This document shows positions 36,201-45,200 of a stretch of DNA of 64,000 nt, one piece after another. A program made the translations under genes and the position numbers. The DNA is taken from the IMG/VR virus record IMGVR_UViG_3300037465_000544. One strand, 5' to 3'. The number at the start of each line of letters is the position of its first letter. The stretch's first letter is position 1. The stretch is from a virus. Below the pieces are notes generated by a model. The model saw nothing but the letters and a program-made list of their open reading frames with translations. It ran no database searches and was not told the DNA's origin.

Positions 36201-39200
36201 TTTTCAGGTAAGCAAAAAACTTCTCCCTGTTGTTTCGCCCTTCTTGAGAAATAATATCATCGAAAATAGACTTGGTTTGTATTGCAGCTATTGTTTTTTG
36301 CGTCTCATTAATATTTTTTATTCGTTCCAACTGTTTAGCTCCCGATTGCCCGATACCTGTTTGTGCAAGAATCTGAGTAAACAAAGCCACTTCTGTATCA
36401 TTGATGTCCTGCTCGGGATTTAATTGAAGACCAAAAAAGTCATTATCTATCTCAACGGTTTCCCAAGATTCGTCCTCCAGGTCATTTATTTTGCTTGCTC
36501 CTGACTTGACGGATGATTTAAACACAACTTGACCTATAATTTCATTCTGCCTTCCTGAAACAGCTATATCATAGGCAGTTTTTCGTACTGCAAAATCAAA
36601 GCCTTCCTGTGCTACATATTCATAAAACTTATTTCTCAAATCCTCAGAGAGAAACATTTTGTCAAAATAAGATTTTGCCAAAGGAGAATTCTCCATGGTC
36701 TGTGCGGTAAGCGGCAGCAAAGCGTATTTAAAATAAAGCCCTTGTTTAAAATACACAGGCTTATACATCCCATTTCCCATGCCTCCTGCTTCAGCTCCGG
36801 AAGACTTCTTCAACAATTCTTGCATAATCGGGTTAAGCAACCCTAATCCATCTTGCGTTTTAACAGTAGCTATTTTAAGAGCTAAAGCCTCATCTACCGA
36901 TTGTTTTTTAAGAATTTCTACTACTTCATGATTAGTTTCATAGGTGTCATTTACTATTGCAACCAAAGAGGTTTTAGCTATACCAAACTTAGAATCTGTA
37001 CGAAATTTCTGCATAGGAGCATCCGGGCCGGCAGCTCTTTTGAAAAAGTCAGGCAAATCCGTAAACAAAGTATTATCACCTTGTATGATTTGTGTGGTAA
37101 AATGATTATTTATCATATAAGCATACATGAATCCCTCAAAGAATGGATTTAAGGAAACAGAACCATCCTCATTCCTCTTGTAATAAGATTCAAAAGAATC
37201 AAATCCTGCTAATTCAAGATGAGCAGGAACGTGTTGATATCCGGCAGAGCTGAAAAATGAAGCCATATTCATAAATCTCTCTTCAAATAACTCTCGGATT
37301 GTTGCCATTTTATCGGAAGACTCCTTTAATTTTCGATAATTGTTTAAATTAAAAATATCGTCAATATTAAAAATGGTCGCTTTTCCGGCAGCAACAGTAG
37401 TTCCGTCAGGAGAAAGAAGGAAATCTTTTGTAAGAACAAGCCCGGATTTTTCTACCATTTTTTTGAATCCCGGCAAATTTTTGCTTAAGTTGGCCAATAT
37501 GCCATTAAGTTGCTCAGGATTTTCCTTCCATACCTCTAAATCGGATTCACTTATATTTACCCTGGGAATAGAAGAAAGGAAATTAAACCATTTCTGAAGA
37601 GAGAGGTCCCTTGAGTTTTCGTGATAAATGAATATCTTGCTAATATTCGTAGAAACAATAGATGTATTCAAGAATATTTTATCGCCCTGCCGAATGATAA
37701 ATTTGGAATTAGGCTCATCAGAAGAAGCAAAGCGTACATTCCACACATATTGCTTATTCTTGTCAGATATATTTTGCCCCGGGATTTGAAGTTGCTCACT
37801 TTTATTAAATGATGTAATTGCAGAATTAATAAAACTATTCACCGATACGGCAATATAGTCCTTTTTCGTCATTTTTCCAATCTTCTTTCCCAAATTTCCG
37901 TTTTCAATTCCATCAGCTATATTCATCGAGATAACACTCATAGGCGAATTGATATCCAGATAAGGATTTAAAATAACGCCCTGTCGTATCAAGGCAGGAT
38001 TGCCCTGTAGAACATCTTGTGGATTTTCTTTTAAATAATCAGAAGCCCTCTCTCCATCGCCTGAAGTACGGAAATAATTATAAGCAGTTCCTGAAGGAGT
38101 GTCAATATAAATTTTCCTTCCGTCAACCCCGAAATAATAACGAATGTTTCCATTCCCTGTAGCATAAGCCTGTGCCTTTGCTAAATTTCGATTTAAAACA
38201 AAAAAGTCTTGTGGCTTAATAACCAACTCCTCTGTCTTAGCCTCATCGGAAATTTCAATACCTTCATCAGTTTTAACAGCCTCATTTAATGAAGTTGGAT
38301 TAATTCCCATCTTGGTATAATACTGGCTTATAAACGGACCCGCAAAAGATGTAGCACCCTCTTGTTTAGCCAAAAGGTTCACTGAAGAAAGATACCATGC
38401 TGCCACAATCTCAGCCAAACGATTAGGAGTATAACTATAATTCCTGTCGCCTAAAAGAGAGGTGTTTTCGGTGCCAAACAAAAATGTTTTTATAGCAGGA
38501 AGACTAATTTTAACACCAATATTATTCATCAGCATTTTTATGTCCCTTGCCGTTACTCCAGGAGCCATCACTACTGAATTCAACGCACCACCTTTTGTGA
38601 TGAAAGTGATAATGGGGGTTCCATCAACATGAGAAATTCCCTTTTCAGAAATATCATACTTTTTATCTTCTCCTTTTATAGTTGATACAAAAGATTCAGA
38701 AAGCTGAACTCCGGCATCGTTAAATTCAAAAGAAGTTGATAGCATTTCACTGATGCGATTCTTCCAGTCATCGGAATCATTCACAGAAGGGAATATTGCC
38801 TCTGAATTAATCCCTGTTGTTATTCTCCACTTCACATAAGGCTTGGGAACAACACTTCCGTAGGCATACACGATTGCGTTAAGAAGTGAAGAAGAATACT
38901 GAGCTTTAGCTCCGATTGAAGCAACAAATTCAGGATAATGATTCGAAATTTCTTTATAGTTTCCCTCTAAATAAGCATGAGAAAAATTCGACTTGTCTTC
39001 TACCTCAATATTAGTATTCAAGAATTTGTTGATAAACGCTTCTATATGCTCCTTTACATCACTTTCAGTTGTGGTATTGCCCATAATATCTTCAAGTGAT
39101 TCACGCAAAGAAGTTAATGACGGCTGTTTAGCTCTTGAAAATCCATCCACCAAAATCTTGTGCATCTTTACTATATTGACAAAACTTCCATCTTTAAGAC

Positions 39201-42200
39201 GTAAAGTTTCTAAATTCCATTTCACAAAAGGAGATACAGTATCGGTAAAATTGCGTGTTTCAACTCCTTCGCGAATAGTATTTTCGTGAAACATGAATAG
39301 CTGATCTTCCAATGTCATATCCACAAATTCATCATTCTCCTGAACTATCGGAGCAGACTCGTCAGAATTAATCAGCTTATATATATTAATTGAAGGAAAA
39401 GTCTTTTGGATAAGCCGCAACAAAATATTCTTATTACCCATTCTCCAATAAAAGTATTCCATCTGGCGATCCGAGTCCAGATAATGAAGATTTGTCTCGT
39501 TAATATCATTAAAAGTGTTTAGTTTCTGGCCATCATCCGTGGTAATATTAACGGAGATATTCATGCTTTTCGCATTTTCCTCAAAAATATTCAAAACAGA
39601 ATTAATTGTCTCTTTTATAGTTTTTGGCTCATCTTCAATATTTCCATTATAATTGCTTGATTTAAGCAACACCTCCGCAACATTTTTACGAGCAATATTT
39701 ACTGCATCGGCACTTCCGAAAAAAGACTTTAAATTATTGTAATCCGCATATTTGAATTGTTTCTTCTTGCCAAATTCTTTTGCCTGTAATCCGGTCAACT
39801 TGCCAATAGAACTAAGCCCTTTCCCTTTTTTAGTAAACTTGTGTTTCTTTTTTAAATAACCCCTCTCCTGCTCGGATTCTTCATCACTGTATTCTTCATA
39901 ATCTTCTTTTTCTTTTGTTCTGGTAATATCGGCATCGGAATCAGAAAATTCTTCATCTTTATACTTGCCAAACTCAATGTTATAAAGTAATTCATCAATC
40001 ACAGAACCATGCGTTTTTAATCCCCTGAAAACACGCCTTAACCAATGCAGAAACTTACCTATAAGCGTTTTAGGGTCTTCGTATTCTGTTTCATATTTAT
40101 TTGCCAGCCATTCATCCGCAACCTCATCAGTAATAGAAAGCACCGAAATGCCTCCCCGTTCAGCAGCTATCACCTGTTTAACTGCATTTAAAATCTTATT
40201 TTTAGAATCTTCATCTAAAACGTAATTCAATATAATGTGTATAGCCTCATGACGTTTTGTTCCTATTTCAATTCCATCTTTTGTTTCTTCTAAAATGACT
40301 TTTCCCATTTTGACCAATCCATACAACTCTTTCCCATTAAGCGTTACGCGAGGGGCAAATTCCAGCCTTCTTGATAAGAAATCGCTTCCTAACACCCTTT
40401 TGTAATATTGTATTACTTTCTCCCTGGACTCCCTGACCTCTTCATCGCTCATAGAGGGTTTTGATTTCGCCCTATTAATATCGTCCTTCATATTGTTCTT
40501 CATGTTAGCAAGAAGGGAGCGAATCAAATTGTCTTTCTTTTCAGAAGCAGAATCGCCCTGAATATCAGAAGTCTTATTTTTGAATATAGAAGCAAGTGAA
40601 ACATAAAGTTGCGGATAATAAACATCCGTAATACGGGTTTTAAGCTTTTTAGCCGATTCTTCAGTGATTTTATATTGAGAAAGTCCTTTAGAGGAATTCT
40701 CTTTAAAAGCGACAGCATATAATCGTGTAGCACGAGGATTTGCACGCTCTATTTCAGCAGATATGATATCAAAAGCTTTGATTAAAGCATTAAGCTGTCC
40801 CGCAATATCATCTTTTGAAGCCTTAGTATTGATAAAAATATTATCGCGTACACGCAAATAATTTTCCAAAGCCGGAATATGAAACTTTCCATTGGTGTGC
40901 AAAAGAGAACGGTTAAAATTAAGAGTTTTATAGGCTCGAGAAGATTCAATATCCTGCTTATTCAAACCCGATTGCTTTTTCATTTCTTGAAGCTGTCGTT
41001 GGATATTCTTTATTTCTTCTTTATTTTCATATAAATAAGGAGAATCTACAAACACTCTTGTCACTGGCAGCCCTTTTCCTGCAGAAACCTCAAGAATCAT
41101 TGCAGGACGATTTTCTCCGGAAGAAGTTTTATATGCCTGCGTGTCCATATAAACAAAATCAGAAACATAAAATCCTTTTGCACGAAGGTCTTTTATCAAA
41201 GAACTCATTGGCTGATAATCATTCGCTGTTCCTGTTTTTGAAATAAGTGTTCCGGAGCCAAATTCAGACATTGTTACTTGCCCTACAAACCCTTCCGGAT
41301 GAGAAGATCCTATACTTCGTAACTTTATAAGGGCAAAATTGTAGTCCATTAAAGCAGCAGCATTCTCGTGCCCTTCAAACCCGCTTTTCACTTTTTCCAA
41401 ATATTTATTAGCCAAAGCCTCATTGTATTCAACCGGCAAATTATCCGCAGAAGGTTTAGACAAATCAGCAGAAGTCTGATGCGTATGAAGAACGCCTAAT
41501 ATATCATATCCATTTGCAACTGCTTGCTGTTCTGTAACATTAATACCAATACTTTTTGCCACAGCAACAACATGTTTTATATCCGGATAACGCAAAACTA
41601 AAACATTATTGAATTCTTTTAATTCCGTTCCGGTATTGAGAGAATATTTTTTATAATAATAAATATTTGCTTTTTCTTTACGTGCATATTTACTCTTTGT
41701 GGACTGAGCGATCTGCGACAAAAGGGCAAGTTTAATTTTGCTATGAGCATTTTCAGTCTGTTTTCCGGATTCAGCAGAAGCAAATGTGTTTACATACATT
41801 AGTTTTTCTGCTGATGAATTATATTTTTTTGCAAAAAAAGTATAATCTGCCGGGCTCTTTGGCATTGATTTGCGTACAGAAGTACGCTCGTACCTTTTCC
41901 AAAAAGAATTAAGCGGCTCAGAATGTCCATTCGACATCTCAACATAAGTTATTTCGTCCTGGCGGTACACATTTACAGGCTCAACCACCTCTTCTTCAGA
42001 AAGCTTATCTATGTACAAATCTCCGCGTAGAATGCCCATCCCTTCGCTGTACTTCCAGTTATAGTCTCTTGGGGGGTTAACATCAGGAGCCGGCTGTGTT
42101 TTCTTTCCGGTTCTCTTTTTGGCGGAAGTTTTTTTTGCGGCAGCAGTTCTCTTTCCGGCCTTTTTCTTTTCCTGACTTTTTTTCTCCGATTTCTTTTTAT

Positions 42201-45200
42201 TATATACTTCTATTTGAGAAACATGCACAATTCTGTCTAAATCAGGATTTCCTTCCACTTTAAAAACGACAAAATCTGTATTTGTATCGCTATCAACATA
42301 ATATTCTTTTTCATACCCCCTTTCATTCAAATATGTACGTTCCTCTTTAAATCCGCCTATTGTTCCTACCAACCCTTCCAATTCCGGAAAACTAACAGTA
42401 CCCACAGTAGTTAAAACAATTTGCTGACCTTTTTTTAAAGACAAAACCTTTTCTCTAAAATCAGCATATTCTTTTTTAAGATCAAAAGTTCTGGTTAACT
42501 TATGTGGCTTTACTATAAAGGCAATTTCGTTGGTTTCTTTTGTTTTTTGTTCTGATTTTTCTTCCGAAGAAAGGTCTTTTGCTCGCAAAACTTCTCCAAT
42601 ACGCGACCTGCCTTCTGTATTAAGCAATGCAACATAGCTTTTTGCTCTGGTAACAGCAGTAAGCATGGCACGAGAATAAATATTTTTATTTTTCTCTGTT
42701 TGCGAAAATCCAACATAAACATTGTCAAATTCGTGTCCCAAAACAGAACCAACTCCACCTTCCATATGAAATACAGAATTATTTATTGCTTCAGCCGAAA
42801 CACGAGATACAAAATCCGTATCTTGCATAAGTTTATTTATAGCATCAGCACGCTCTTGTTTGGTAAGAAAAATTAATGCTGTACTTGCCCTTCTTGATGG
42901 CTCAGAAAAATCATTCTTGAAAATAGAAAGAATCTCTTCCGGATTATTGCTGTCTATATATTCAACGCCTTGCGTTCTTTCTTCATTGTAAGTTGTAATT
43001 GGCCATGAAATCAACCGATTTTCGGAAAACATTGAATTTCTCAATGCCGATTGAATATTCCAAATTGAATCAACGCCTGTACGATAAATTTCTGTTATTG
43101 GCAAAGTACGCTCCATCACATTTTCTACCGCCACATGCACAAAAGAATCGGTAAATTGCTTTTCATTCATCGGAGGCATCTGGCTCTGGTCGCCCATCAT
43201 TATTGCAGGAACAGAATATTCGCCATTAATAATTTTGTCCAGTTGCTCCAACTGCTCTTCGGAAATCATAGAAGCTTCATCAATAATCAACAAATCAATG
43301 CCATCTAAAGCTTTTTCTCCTTTGGAAATAAAATCTTCCAATGTATAGGTCTTTGATTCTCCCGTAGCTCTCGAAACAGAAGCGGCCACGTTTGCTGCAA
43401 GGTTTATTCCCGGTGCCACAATCGCAACATTTATCCTTCTCCTTAATCTAATACCCATCATTTCTGCAGCAGATTTAGCTATCATCTGAGTCTTTCCTGT
43501 TCCTGCATACCCGCGAACAAACAATGAATTATTAAGATAAAATTTAGTGGAAGCGTCTTTTGATTTAGGGCGAATAATATTTTTTGCCTCTTTAATGAAA
43601 GAGTTATCGCTATCCTGTAAAAACGAATCAATGTGCCTGATTAATTGCTGTTGTTCATAAGAAGGAATACTGTCACCTGACTTAATTACACTAAGCAACT
43701 TTTCATAACGAATATAAAAATCATAAGGGTTTCCACGCTGAAGCGTCAGTAGATTATTTATAAAAACCAATGTGGCAAATACCTTATCCGAAGGGTTTCT
43801 CAATGAGCCGACAGAATCAAAAAAAGCATGATCATAAAGAGAATCAAAAGATTTGCTCTTAAATTCGATTGGATTTTCATATCCACCGGATATTGCCTCA
43901 AGGTTCCATGTGCCTTTTGCGTAAATCAAAGAACGCTTCATTAGCTCAGGGTCACTATTCAACTCGGAATGAATAATTGATTCAGCCTGCACCACTCCGG
44001 AATAAACTCTGGAAATTAGCTCATCGTCAAACTTGTTGTCTTTTATAGATGCCACCATTTTTTGGCGATCTTCACGTATTTGGTCCAAAACAGAGTTAAG
44101 GGCAGAAGAAACTTTTTCATCTGTAATATTTGGATGAATCATCTCCGCTAACTTAAAACGAATGGCAACATCATTTGCTTTAATTCTCGCTTGACGATTC
44201 TGACGATCCAATTTATTCTGCCCGATCGCCATTTCCAAAAATTGTATTTTATTGTAAATTTCTCCAAAAGATTCCGAAAGTTGTTTAGCTTGCTCAAGTG
44301 TAGGAAGGCCGTCCTTCGGAAGCAGTACATATTTTTCAGGAAGCTTATTGTAAATATTATTTTGCAAAGAAGCAATAATCGCTTTCGTTCCTGTCGCTTG
44401 CTTAATTTCTTCAATAGTTTTAATATCCGTATCAGTCTCCTGCCCATTTATTACACGCATTATTATATCGTCTAATACCTTATTAATCGAATAAGAGCTC
44501 TCTTGTCCGGAAGGAACATAACTGGTATAGTATTCATTTACAAAAGCATTTTCGTTTTCCTCAAAAGCTTTTTCCGCTTCTTCTATTGTTTTTTGCGAAG
44601 GAAGAAAATCCTGTGAAAATAAATTGGAAAGATTTGTGGCCAAATCCATCTTATTCTTTTGTTGAAGGCCTTGCGTAATAGAAGAAATATAAGCTTCTTC
44701 GTCAATTGCTTCATCAATCATGGAACTTTGTTGCATGGCCTTAAGCTCCTCTGCCTCAAAAATGCTTTCTGCCGATTTAAGCAACTCAGCCTTTTTAGTT
44801 TCTAAAACATCAAGCAACTTTTTTGCCTTGCCAGAATCAATACCATACTTATCAATTTGCGTTCTTAAGTTAGAGAGGGCCGTAAAGAAATTAGCATCAA
44901 GCTGTTCAGGATTAGAGTCCTCTAAAGCTTTAATAGAATCATCATAAGTGTTACGAACTTCAACTCCTTTTGCTTTTTCCTGAATCAAAGCTTCTTTGTA
45001 AAGTTTTTTGTCTTCAGATAGTTTTTTTGAAAATTCATCTACCTGTGTTGCGGCAAGAACCGGAGCAAACATTGACTTTATATAATCTTTGTTTCCTTCA
45101 TAAAAATTGGAAATAAGATTTTGTTTTGTTTTATCGGAGATACGCTTTCCGGAAAGAATATCGTCAAAAGAGGATTTAAGCCCGGATAAATTGGCGTGGA